Below the pieces are notes generated by a model. The model had not been told where the DNA came from. It saw nothing but the letters and a program-made list of their open reading frames with translations, and did not search any database. A program made the translations under genes and the position numbers. A DNA stretch of 48,932 bases, taken from positions 1 to 48,932 of the IMG/VR virus record IMGVR_UViG_3300048858_000013, one strand, 5' to 3'. Shown one piece after another: positions 9,652-18,432 of this stretch (the first letter of the stretch is position 1; each line of letters opens with the position of its first letter). This DNA comes from a virus.

Positions 9652-10641
9652 TTAGGCGGTCGGGGCAGCCTCTTCCCCATTGCTCGCCTCGGTGCCGGAG
9701 TCGTCGGCCTTGGGCTCGGCCAGCATGGCTTCGGCCAGCGAATCGAAGTCAAGGGCTTCGTCTTCCTCGGTCGTCGCCTCGTAGGCTGCGGCATCGCGCG
9801 AATCCAGCCAGCGAGTGAAGATGGTAGGATCAAGCCCCTTCTTCTCGGCGGTCATTGCGCCCAGCTTCAAGGCCATGACGAACAGCGAACCATTCGCGCC
9901 AGCCTCTTCAAGCTCGGGGTAGGAGTCGAGCGCAAAAGCCTTCGATTCGAGTGCAGCGCGAAGCTCGGACTTGGTGAGCTTGCGGCGCTTCCAAGCCGGG
10001 CTGGCCTTCGACAGCGTATCATTGACGTGCTTGTAAAGCTCGTTGTACGCTTCCACGATTCCAGCGTCGCCGCGGCTCGACGAGGTGAAAGACTCGACCG
10101 AATAGGGAATCTGGTCCGCAACGGTGGCGGGATTCTCTGCAACGCGAAGCTGCCGGACTGCGCGGTGATTCAGTTCCTTGCGAACGATCTCTTGCACGAA
10201 CTGGCGGCCGTCGTCGGACTCAAGCAACAGGTCGAGCGTCGGAATCGGCGTAACGACAATGGCCTTCAAGCTGGTAGCACCGCGCTCCTTCAACGTGGCA
10301 ACCATCGACTCATAACCGGGCGCGTCGAACTTCTCTGCGTCAATCTCGCCTTCCTCGGTGACGAACGGGATAATGATCGTCTGATCTTCGGTGTTGAAGT
10401 CCGTGAACTTCTCGCCGCAAGCTGCCAGATAGGCCAGCATCGAAGCAGAGTCGGCAAACGTCTTGCGCGCGCTCATGTTCTCGAACGTGGTCTTGGGCTT
10501 CGGTGCCTTGGTGGCTGCGGTCGAGTCGGTGGCGGGTGCTGCTGCGGTGTTGGTGTCGGTCATGTTCTGAGTCGCTTTCGATTGTGCGCTTGATTGCGCG
10601 GGTGGATTCGGTGGGCAGGTGATATTCTCTGCGCCCATCAA
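9652..10641 (-). CDS. Hypothetical early protein, up to 329 aa, with a strongly acidic C-terminal tail
   Basis: Long ORF with ordinary globular composition. An alternative ATG at 10563 (MTDTNTAAAP...) is plausible. No recognisable catalytic motif. Confidence 0.75.
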   Translation of the reverse strand: MMGAENITCPPNPPAQSSAQSKATQNMTDTNTAAAPATDSTAATKAPKPKTTFENMSARKTFADSASMLAYLAACGEKFTDFNTEDQTIIIPFVTEEGEIDAEKFDAPGYESMVATLKERGATSLKAIVVTPIPTLDLLLESDDGRQFVQEIVRKELNHRAVRQLRVAENPATVADQIPYSVESFTSSSRGDAGIVEAYNELYKHVNDTLSKASPAWKRRKLTKSELRAALESKAFALDSYPELEEAGANGSLFVMALKLGAMTAEKKGLDPTIFTRWLDSRDAAAYEATTEEDEALDFDSLAEAMLAEPKADDSGTEASNGEEAAPTA

Positions 10642-10671
10642 CAGAGTCTCAAACTAGGTGGCGGGTGTCAA

Positions 10672-10917
10672 TCACCATTCGCCATATATATACGCGGGCG
10701 AGCCTTCGGGACGCTCAATCCAGCAAGTCATCCGGTAGGAATGGCCGTCAAGGATGAACAGAACGTCGCGGCACTCAAAGCCATCGACTAGGTTGCGAGT
10801 CGCGCCATGAATCGTGACAGGCTGGCCGTGTGAGGCGAAAAACTGGCGGGTGTAGTCCATTGCGTCGGAAGTCGTGATCTGCGCGCCGGTAAATGGGAGA
10901 GTCGAGAGGTAGGACAT
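10672..10917 (-). CDS. Hypothetical early protein, 81 aa
   Basis: First ORF of the leftward early operon, with GGAG upstream of the ATG at 10917. Globular composition. Confidence 0.6.
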   Translation of the reverse strand: MSYLSTLPFTGAQITTSDAMDYTRQFFASHGQPVTIHGATRNLVDGFECRDVLFILDGHSYRMTCWIERPEGSPAYIYGEW

Positions 10918-11664
10918 AGGGTGGACTCCAGAGAGGGGAGGCGGGAGACTCTGCCGGGGCTTGTCGTTCCGTCTGACTCCTATGTGGGCGCGTGCGGGCG
11001 CAGATGCAAGGGCGGGAGTCGAAAAACGCGATGAACCGAGTCTGCAAAGCGATTTTTCTTTCGATGTTCATCTGAGTCAGGGGTTTGATGAACGATTCTG
11101 CCCGGATTCGGTCTGGCGACCCCAGCTTGGAAAGAGGAGCCGACTCGGTATCGCGGACTTGATGGTTGAAGACATTTGAATTGATTGGTTTGAGTCGGAA
11201 AATTGTAATGCTGTGCTATTGCTGTGCTATTGCGATCCCAAATCCCGTTCAGCCTCTCGCTGCTCCCAGCCCCGCTTTCCCCCGCTCCGATGCGCTGCGC
11301 TCCACTCCGACTCAGCCGCTCATCCTAGCCTCTCCGAGTCTTATGCTCTCCCCTCCCCCTGACTCAGTGATATATAAGATGAAGAATTTTTTGGACGGGG
11401 CCATATATCCTCGACGTATTCAGTAGAGTCTAGGGATAGAGTCGTGAGGTATCGCTATCGGAGTCAGGGATAGTGGATTCGGAGGGGGCAGGGTAGCAAG
11501 TTGGTAGCGGGCGGGATTCGGGACAGCAAAAGCATGGTAGCAAGCAAGCACGGTAACAATAACACAACATAACATGGACTTACGTGCTGGCGTATGCCAT
11601 AAACCGGATTACCGATCATCGGTTGAGTCACACCACTCTGACTCGTAACTAAGGAGCGAATGAT
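10918..11664. promoter_or_regulatory. Divergent control region between leftward and rightward early operons (promoters and/or replication origin candidate)
   Basis: 747 bp without a credible ORF. It contains a tandem 11-mer (11210-11231); GGTAGCAAG at 11492 and 11536 with relatives at 11503 and 11552; AGGGATAG at 11432 and 11466; an AT-rich patch at 11368-11393; and a sigma70-like TTGATT-17nt-TGTAAT at 11181-11209. Confidence 0.6.
11210..11231. repeat. Perfect tandem duplication of the 11-mer GCTGTGCTATT
   Basis: Read directly: gctgtgctatt gctgtgctatt. Confidence 0.9.
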
Positions 11665-11967
11665 ATGAAACCGAATACGATGGTGTTTGCGCGTTTTTCC
11701 TCTACCGGCAAGCCCCGATTCAACAAGGAAACTAGTGGCACAGTCGCAGAGGTTATGCAAGAGCTGATTCGTTGGGTCTTCGAATGCCACATGGGTACGA
11801 GTCTAAAGATCACCTTCGCGCGAACGGCTGAGGAACTGCGTATCGCCACGGGTTCTGGCTCTGGGCCTGACTCGGCCGCGACTGCTGAGGATTTCATGGC
11901 AGAACTCTTGGCCCAGATCGACCAACCCACTCTCGCGCTCAACCCTGACTCTGACTCGGAGGATTGA
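11665..11967 (+). CDS. Hypothetical early protein, 100 aa
   Basis: AAGGAG Shine-Dalgarno at 11651-11656, 8 nt before the ATG. First gene of the rightward block. Confidence 0.75.
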   Translation: MKPNTMVFARFSSTGKPRFNKETSGTVAEVMQELIRWVFECHMGTSLKITFARTAEELRIATGSGSGPDSAATAEDFMAELLAQIDQPTLALNPDSDSED

Positions 11968-11970
11968 TCC

Positions 11971-12525
11971 ATGGACGTTAAAGTAACTGGTTGGTATGGC
12001 CGACTCAAGATCGACGGAATTGCTGGCGCAACCAAGCTCGATGGCTCCATCGTCTCCATGCTCGGGCAGATCATGCTTCATCTGACTCAGGCCAAAGCTC
12101 GAACGAATGGCGAGGGCTCGAAGATCATCACTATCACGCTTTCGGACGCTCCCATCACCGACGACTCCATCGAGATTGCAGAAGCTGCCGCAAAGCTAGA
12201 AGCCGCAATCCTCGCAGAAGGAATCGAGATCGACTATCCCAAGCCTCTCGACGGCGAGGATATGCTCACCATGGCCCAGCGACTCCAACACGCCGAAGGC
12301 TATAATGCCGGGACAGCCATGTTCCACGCACGCGACGCATTTGGCTACGGCCCCGATCCCGACCTCGCGAAATGGCAAGCCGACTCCAAGGTGCGAGCAT
12401 TCATCAGGCTTAACGCATCTGATCGGGCGGTGGAACAGGCCGATCCGCAAGAGTATCAACGACTCAAGAACTATACGCGCGAGACATACCCCAAGTTCTA
12501 TGCGATGATGACGATTCGAGGTTGA
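11971..12525 (+). CDS. Hypothetical early protein, 184 aa
   Basis: GGAGGA precedes the ATG. It starts 3 nt after the previous stop and has globular composition. Confidence 0.8.
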   Translation: MDVKVTGWYGRLKIDGIAGATKLDGSIVSMLGQIMLHLTQAKARTNGEGSKIITITLSDAPITDDSIEIAEAAAKLEAAILAEGIEIDYPKPLDGEDMLTMAQRLQHAEGYNAGTAMFHARDAFGYGPDPDLAKWQADSKVRAFIRLNASDRAVEQADPQEYQRLKNYTRETYPKFYAMMTIRG

Positions 12526-12756
12526 GGCCGAAGGCAAACGGCAGACACCAGCGCAGATCGGTGAGTCGAAAGGATGATGTTATTTTCACTCAGCTAACGA
12601 CTCACCACTGCACTCACTAATTTATTTTCACAAGGCCCTTGGACTACTTGACATTTGAGTCATGACGTGCTATGCCTAAGAGGCAGGTTGGTTACGGGCG
12701 ATTCCCGCTCTCTCTAATCTGGTTTGACTCGTACCTAACAGTAAGGCACCTGACTC

Positions 12757-12936
12757 ATGCAAATTACCGTACTGACAAACGATAAGCTCGACGCAGCCAA
12801 GCGACTCGGAAGAGGCTATACACAACCTGAGCGCAAGGCGATTAACTGGAATGATCGCAGCGATCGCAAGTGGCTCGACTCGCATCTGCATTGGGCCATG
12901 AACAACGGCAAAGCAGTCGAACTCGTTCCAGCCTGA
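12757..12936 (+). CDS. Small hypothetical protein, 59 aa (not in the supplied ORF track)
   Basis: My own translation gives MQITVLTNDKLDAAKRLGRGYTQPERKAINWNDRSDRKWLDSHLHWAMNNGKAVELVPA. AAGG lies about 11 nt upstream, and the ORF is co-oriented with its neighbours. It competes with an antisense 108-aa ORF that I consider spurious. Confidence 0.4.
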   Translation: MQITVLTNDKLDAAKRLGRGYTQPERKAINWNDRSDRKWLDSHLHWAMNNGKAVELVPA

Positions 12937-12967
12937 CTCACTCGTACCCATTTGAAGGGAATCAAAA

Positions 12968-13780
12968 ATGTCTAAGCTCCACTCTTTCTTCGCTGCGTTC
13001 ACCGAGAGCTATCCCGGAGTCGATCCGACCGGAACCTATTGCCTGATGACTGGCCGCATGATCGGCACGAATCACGAGGTTATCGAACTGGTCGAATCCA
13101 GCGATATGGACGTTGAAGAATTGGCAGATGATATCGCCATTCGACTCTTCGCTTCCATGCGTCCCGGACTCTTCTGGAACAAGATGAACCTCAAGAGCGT
13201 TGCTAACTTGCAGGAGTCGCGCCCGGTTGAAACGCTGGCATGGCTGCTCAATCGCTTGCTGAATCCGCCGCAGTTCAAGGGTGATGTTTTCGCAATCAAC
13301 CATGACCGGATTCGTACCTTTCAGTGGTGCCTGACTCTGGACTTCGAGGTTCGCAACGAACTGATCGACCGGCTGATTGCTTTGGACGCTCGACTCAACC
13401 TGAACGCGCAGCTTCCTGACTTCACGTTTGACACGCTTTCGGCCAAGGCAATTCACCTCTGGCTTGAGTCGGCTGAGAAGCAGGCTGACAAGCGCGAAAA
13501 GGCAATGGAGCTTCAGACTCGCTGGTATCGCGACGGCAACACAATGTCGAAGGCTGCGGCCGTTCAGACGTTCGCCAAGAAGAAACCCGAGTCGCCAGCC
13601 AAGGTCGCCAACACTGAAAAGCGCCAGACTGCCGCGATGATGGACAATCTTCTGGCCGCTCTCATGACTGGCACTGCGACTCCAGATAGCCGCTCAGTCT
13701 CTACTCCCAAAACTCCAGTTGCTGGTACGACTCCAAAGCCAACCGGCCTGTCGTTCCTCGCCAAGAAGAAGGCTTCCTGA
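12968..13780 (+). CDS. Hypothetical early protein, 270 aa, ending in GLSFLAKKKAS
   Basis: GAAGGGA precedes the ATG. Globular N-terminal 190 aa, basic/T/P-rich tail, and a C-terminal motif shared with the helicase. Confidence 0.8.
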   Translation: MSKLHSFFAAFTESYPGVDPTGTYCLMTGRMIGTNHEVIELVESSDMDVEELADDIAIRLFASMRPGLFWNKMNLKSVANLQESRPVETLAWLLNRLLNPPQFKGDVFAINHDRIRTFQWCLTLDFEVRNELIDRLIALDARLNLNAQLPDFTFDTLSAKAIHLWLESAEKQADKREKAMELQTRWYRDGNTMSKAAAVQTFAKKKPESPAKVANTEKRQTAAMMDNLLAALMTGTATPDSRSVSTPKTPVAGTTPKPTGLSFLAKKKAS

Positions 13781-13781
13781 T

Positions 13782-16157
13782 ATGTCACTCGCGTTTCTCA
13801 AGAAGCAGCCGACTCCACAGGAAGTCAAGACGGAAGTCCGGCAGGCGATCGCCCAAATGGCTGAGGATAACAAGCTGCTCGACCAGCCTGACTCCGAAGT
13901 CATCCCCGACCTCTCTGATATTGCAGAGGATAGCGAGCACACTGGCCGAGTCAGCGCAGCCTCCAAGCTCTCCAAACTGATTGACGAGGACTTCCCCTTC
14001 GATGAGTCGCAGATCGCTGCGGTCGAGGGAATGGTGGCTGTACCTTATGCGTGTCTGACTGGCGCGGCGGGTACGGGTAAAACGACCGTTACGAAGAAGT
14101 TGGTCGATCGACTCCTAGAGACAGTCGCAATCGGTGCTGTAGACTTGACGCGGTACTGGAAGACTAAGGATGACGACGGCAACGAGTACGAGTCCAACGA
14201 CTACGAGCAGCATGGCTACGTGGACGACGAGGACTACGAGATCACTGAGTCGATCATCCCCTCTGTAGCTCTTTGCAGCTTCACTGGTCGTGCGAGTCAG
14301 CAGATCAAGGGTAACTTCCCCCGCGATTGGCATGGCAACATCATGACCATCCACCGACTCCTAGGCTTCTATCCCGAGCCGTATCAGGAGTGGGACCCGG
14401 ACTATCGCAACGATGAAACTGGCGAGGAAGGCAAGTTCGTCACCAAGCGTCGATTCGTACCGACCTATACGGCTGACTTCAAGCTGCCTTGGGACGTTAT
14501 TGGTATCGACGAAGCGGGTATGCTTGGAGTCGACCTGTGGCACCAGCTATTCGATGCAATGAAGCCGGGTTGCCGAATCTACTTCATCGGTGATATCAAC
14601 CAGCTTCCGCCGGTGCATGGCAAGTCGATCTTCGGATTCGCAATGGCTAAGCTGCCAGCGTTCGAGCTGACTCATGTTCACCGTCAACAGGGCAAGGATA
14701 ACCCGATCGTTGATAATGCGTGGCGAGTCATTCATGGGCAGATGCCTGTGTCTGGTGGTCGCTTCCAGATGATCAAAGTTGACGGCGATGCACAGCTTGT
14801 GAGTCGTAAGGTTCGGGCCATGATGCCCAAGCTCCAGTCGATGGAAATCTACGATCCGATTCGTGACACGATCATCACGCCGATCAATGGCGAGGATGGT
14901 GCCAAGGGATACGCGCTCGGTCAGTTGCCTCTGAATCGTGAGTTCGCGCTCATGTTCAATCCAGCCAACGTGAACCCGCGTTACATCATCGACGGTGGCC
15001 GCGTTAAGCAGCGATTCGCAGTCGGTGATAAGGTGATGGCGACCAAGAACGATTGGGAAGCTGGAATCACCAATGGCATGACCGGCATTATCACGAGCAT
15101 TGCCGAGCATGGCGGATATATGGGCGACATTGATCGCTATGGTCCGATTCACGAAGTCACCGAGCGCATGAAGGCAGCCGAGACTGATCTGCAAGAGACA
15201 GAGTTGCTCGATATCAATGCACTCTCCGACTCATTCCTTGCGATCGAGGAAGGCAACAAGAACAAGAAGGAGAAGCGGGAGCGCGGCCCAGCCAGCCATA
15301 TCGTGACAGTGCGATTCGGCAATGGCGAGCATAGCTTCGAGATTCCGTTCAGCACGTTGGCGGAAGTCGGAAGTCTGATGACTGCCTATGTCGTGACTTG
15401 CCATAAGATGCAGGGCGGTGAGTCGCCAACCATCGTCATCATCGTGCATGACGCGCATCGTGCAATGCTCTATCGCGAGTGGCTCTACACGGCTATCACG
15501 CGGGCCAGCGAGAAGTGCATCCTGATCTACACTGAGTCGGCGCTCAAGATTGCTCTCAATAAACAGAATATCAAGGGCCGGACTCTCAAGGAGAAGGTCG
15601 CCAGCTTCAATGCTCTGATGAACGCGAAGGACTCGTTCGATGCTACGGCTCGTGCAGTTCGTTTGCCTGAATTCGAGTCGTCGGCACTGACCATCATGGA
15701 TCGGGACGAGAAGCAGGTGATGACGCCCGCTCGCCTGACCACTGACTCGGAGAAGCAGGGTGGGCTTGCCTCGCTCGTGTCTAAGCATCGCATCAAGATC
15801 GAATCGAAAGTCGAGGTGAAGCATGTTCATGTTCATATCCACCATCAGTCTGATTCTGATCGTGTTAATCCTACTCCGACTCGCGAAGTGGATGGAGGCG
15901 AGCTCAAGCCTCAGCCAGTGGCGGAACCGATTCGTAGTCAGCTACCTGATAGCAGTGGTCCTGTGGCTCGGAGCCTTCGTGTACCTGTGCGTGAACCTCA
16001 CAAGCTAGTGAGTCAGCACGGGGCAGTACGGATGGCACTGTTCCTCTCCAACGCGGTCGAGTCCAAGCTCCTGACCTACCAGCCACAACCCGAAACGCCC
16101 TCGGTGCCAGAGACCAAGAAGTCCGGCCTCGGATTCCTGATGAAGAAAAAGGTGTAA
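13782..16157 (+). CDS. SF1 helicase, RecD/Dda-like (AAA_30 / UvrD_C_2 type)
   Basis: Walker A is LTGAAGTGKTT and Walker B is VIGIDEAGMLG. Further motifs are FIGDINQLPPV, LTHVHRQ, TCHKMQGGESPTIVII and LYTAITRASEKCILIY. I place the start at the ATG at 13782, 1 nt after the previous stop; the track ORF begins at 13719. The C-terminal ~170-aa extension has a His-rich patch HVHVHIHH and ends in GLGFLMKKKV. Confidence 0.9.
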   Translation: MSLAFLKKQPTPQEVKTEVRQAIAQMAEDNKLLDQPDSEVIPDLSDIAEDSEHTGRVSAASKLSKLIDEDFPFDESQIAAVEGMVAVPYACLTGAAGTGKTTVTKKLVDRLLETVAIGAVDLTRYWKTKDDDGNEYESNDYEQHGYVDDEDYEITESIIPSVALCSFTGRASQQIKGNFPRDWHGNIMTIHRLLGFYPEPYQEWDPDYRNDETGEEGKFVTKRRFVPTYTADFKLPWDVIGIDEAGMLGVDLWHQLFDAMKPGCRIYFIGDINQLPPVHGKSIFGFAMAKLPAFELTHVHRQQGKDNPIVDNAWRVIHGQMPVSGGRFQMIKVDGDAQLVSRKVRAMMPKLQSMEIYDPIRDTIITPINGEDGAKGYALGQLPLNREFALMFNPANVNPRYIIDGGRVKQRFAVGDKVMATKNDWEAGITNGMTGIITSIAEHGGYMGDIDRYGPIHEVTERMKAAETDLQETELLDINALSDSFLAIEEGNKNKKEKRERGPASHIVTVRFGNGEHSFEIPFSTLAEVGSLMTAYVVTCHKMQGGESPTIVIIVHDAHRAMLYREWLYTAITRASEKCILIYTESALKIALNKQNIKGRTLKEKVASFNALMNAKDSFDATARAVRLPEFESSALTIMDRDEKQVMTPARLTTDSEKQGGLASLVSKHRIKIESKVEVKHVHVHIHHQSDSDRVNPTPTREVDGGELKPQPVAEPIRSQLPDSSGPVARSLRVPVREPHKLVSQHGAVRMALFLSNAVESKLLTYQPQPETPSVPETKKSGLGFLMKKKV

Positions 16158-16158
16158 C

Positions 16159-16350
16159 ATGGCCAAGACAATCGTACCGACTGACTCGCAGCTGATGAAG
16201 ATGCCTAAGGCACGCGCAGCGGAGTACGAACTGAGTGACAAGGAGACGAAGACTCTCCGCACTCGACTCTACGCAATCAACAAGGATGGAATCTGCCGCT
16301 TCCGCATCTTCCGCGACGGCAATATCCTCGTAGTCTGGAGGTTCAAATGA
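16159..16350 (+). CDS. Hypothetical protein, 63 aa
   Basis: AAAGGTG precedes the ATG. It starts 1 nt after the helicase stop and overlaps the next gene by 4 nt. Confidence 0.65.
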   Translation: MAKTIVPTDSQLMKMPKARAAEYELSDKETKTLRTRLYAINKDGICRFRIFRDGNILVVWRFK

Positions 16351-17111
16351 CCAAGATCAAGGAAGTGATTCCAGTCAGGAAGATTGGGGACACCATGCTC
16401 TGGGGCTACAAGATCATTCTCGAGTCGGACTACGTGATCCAGTACCATTGGGACGGTGAGAATGCCCGTCCCATGTATAATCATCTGCACGAGATTAGCG
16501 GGGTGAGTCCGGCCGAAGAGTTCCAGCCAGAAAGGGACCTACTCGGTAAAGAGTGGCGCCCTTTCGCGGGAATTGGCGAGCCCGAGTCGGAGGAGTTCGG
16601 AACCGTTTTGGACGGAGACGTGGCACTCTCTACCCCTGCTGAATCACGGCACATCTGGCCGGGTGAGATTCGGAAGCAGGTACTCGGCGGCAACTCAACG
16701 TTTACCATTGTGTTCGGCGAATCGGTTGGGCGTTACACCTTCAAGGTCAAGTCCAACAAGAAGGATCGCGATTCGAACTGGTCAACAGGGAATCAGGACA
16801 AGAGCCTCTATTGGGTATCGGTGAAGATCGGACCCGGCGATGGCTATGATGATTACCTGACGATCGGCCGACTCGTAAAGAATATCGACGGCGAGTATAA
16901 GTTCCTGCCCGCGCACGATAAGCGCAACGGCAAGATGCACTTTGCCGCCGTCATGTTCCGCAGCTTCTGGATTCCGTTGGAGAATGGGTGCCGACTCTTT
17001 CCCGGCTGGGAGTTCTACCACGCCACCACATGCTGCGTCTGCGGGCGTAAGCTGACGGTCCCTGAGTCAATTGTATCGGGTATCGGTCCCGAATGTGCAG
17101 GAAAGGAATAG
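16347..17111 (+). CDS. Hypothetical protein, 254 aa, with a C-terminal Cys-rich zinc-ribbon-like motif (CCVCGRKLTVPESIVSGIGPEC; DUF6011-like)
   Basis: Translationally coupled ORF. The C-terminal C-x2-C ... GIGPxC pattern resembles a motif seen in other phage proteins. That resemblance is from memory and was not searched. Confidence 0.75.
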   Translation: MTKIKEVIPVRKIGDTMLWGYKIILESDYVIQYHWDGENARPMYNHLHEISGVSPAEEFQPERDLLGKEWRPFAGIGEPESEEFGTVLDGDVALSTPAESRHIWPGEIRKQVLGGNSTFTIVFGESVGRYTFKVKSNKKDRDSNWSTGNQDKSLYWVSVKIGPGDGYDDYLTIGRLVKNIDGEYKFLPAHDKRNGKMHFAAVMFRSFWIPLENGCRLFPGWEFYHATTCCVCGRKLTVPESIVSGIGPECAGKE

Positions 17112-17113
17112 TT

Positions 17114-17380
17114 ATGGACGAGAATCCGAAGCTGGATATTCAAGTGCCGCCTCCGTTGGTCGAGTCATTGTTGCAGGTGATTCAGACGATCAATCCGCAG
17201 CATCCTGATATCCACGTCATCGTGATCGCGGCGCAGACTGGTTGTGCTCCGACTCTGACTGGCACGATGCATCCTGATTCTATGCACGATTTGTTCCAGT
17301 GGTTGATCGACCATCGGGATCGGTCGGCGATCGAGGTTCATGACCTGAACAACCCTGACTCACATCCATCGGTGCAGTGA
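17114..17380 (+). CDS. Hypothetical protein, 88 aa
   Basis: ATG at 17114, 2 nt after the previous stop, with AAAGGAA upstream. The track ORF starts at 17093, which would overlap the previous gene. Confidence 0.65.
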   Translation: MDENPKLDIQVPPPLVESLLQVIQTINPQHPDIHVIVIAAQTGCAPTLTGTMHPDSMHDLFQWLIDHRDRSAIEVHDLNNPDSHPSVQ

Positions 17381-17404
17381 GTCTAACCACGAAGGAGACT
17401 AGCA

Positions 17405-18133
17405 ATGCCTATGCAAACTTCCCCGAGTCAGCTCCGCGAACTCGCAAACACTCTCCGAAGAGAGGCAGATCAACTGGATGATGCAGCAGCAACCCTTGAC
17501 TCTGCGTTGCCCATCCTCTCGACGCGCACGAATCCGGGTCAGATTGCTGAGTCCGCGATCGGTACTCGCCCGACTGAATCGAATCCAATTGGCAACCAAC
17601 CTCGGGAAATCGTGATTCCATGGGGCAAGAAGGCAGCGGCTCTGGACGACGGCTTCATCGACGGGCTGTTCTGGATTCAGGACGAGATCAAACTCGATCC
17701 AGTCTTGTTGGTTCCATGTATGCACTTCGAGTCGAAGCTCGATCCCAAGGCTCGGAATCCTGCGTCGTCGGCATCGGGCCTGATTCAGTTCATGTCGGCT
17801 ACTGCAATCAGCCTCGGTACTACGATCGAGAAGATTCGCGCGATGGGTCCGATGGAGCAGCTTGGATTCGTCCATAACTACTTCAAGAAGATCAAGCGCG
17901 ATTGGACTGGCGCGACTCTGTGCGATGTCTACCTCGCCATCCTCTGGCCCAAGGGTATCGGCTTGCCTGAGTCGGCTAACATCTTCGTCAAGGGCACGCA
18001 GACCTACGCGGTCAATGCTGGACTCGACAAGAACAAGGACGGGTACGTTACCAAGTCCGAGATCTGCGCTCGACTCTACAAGGAAGCGCAGGAAGGCATG
18101 GGCGAGAACGCGCTCTACCTGACTCGTCCGTAA
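17405..18133 (+). CDS. Lysozyme-like / soluble lytic transglycosylase (SLT) domain protein, putative endolysin
   Basis: AAGGAG Shine-Dalgarno. The motif MHFESKLDPKARNPASSASGLIQFMSATA (catalytic E-S ... GLxQF) is typical of the SLT/lysozyme-like fold. Confidence 0.75.
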   Translation: MPMQTSPSQLRELANTLRREADQLDDAAATLDSALPILSTRTNPGQIAESAIGTRPTESNPIGNQPREIVIPWGKKAAALDDGFIDGLFWIQDEIKLDPVLLVPCMHFESKLDPKARNPASSASGLIQFMSATAISLGTTIEKIRAMGPMEQLGFVHNYFKKIKRDWTGATLCDVYLAILWPKGIGLPESANIFVKGTQTYAVNAGLDKNKDGYVTKSEICARLYKEAQEGMGENALYLTRP

Positions 18134-18153
18134 TAACTAACCGAGTACCACCC

Positions 18154-18354
18154 ATGAAGATGCTCAAGACTAAATGCGAATGCTGTAATCGGGACACAGC
18201 TTTGTGGGTGGTATTCGACTCGATAGCGATCTGCCAGATTTGCAAGATGGATACGATTTATGCGATGCAGCATATTGGATTCGGTCTGAGTCGTGCGCAT
18301 CCATTCCTTGACGAGTTCGCCGGAGTTCGAGGGGTTCACTGGCATCCTCTTTGA
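18154..18354 (+). CDS. Small zinc-ribbon protein, 66 aa (CECC ... CQIC)
   Basis: Two Cys pairs about 17 aa apart. Co-oriented. Confidence 0.55.
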   Translation: MKMLKTKCECCNRDTALWVVFDSIAICQICKMDTIYAMQHIGFGLSRAHPFLDEFAGVRGVHWHPL

Positions 18355-18432
18355 CTCGTTATTTTTTGGAAATTTTCTGCTTGACTTTTGTTTAGGCATA
18401 TGAGTTACTGTCTCTAGGATTTGGAGCAAACA

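Noticed and set aside
10775-11790. ORFs inside the divergent control region: 10775-11071 (-), 10961-11179 (+), 11166-11426 (+) and 11464-11790 (-).
   Set aside because: The translations are P/S/L/R-rich low complexity and there are no Shine-Dalgarno sequences. They overlap each other or the well-supported genes at 10672-10917 and 11665-11967. The region is better explained as non-coding control DNA.
12676-13002. A 108-aa minus-strand ORF in the 12.5-13.0 kb gap.
   Set aside because: It runs against the local transcription direction, overlaps the well-initiated + strand gene at 12968, and has no ribosome-binding site. The 59-codon + strand ORF (12757-12936) fits the region better.
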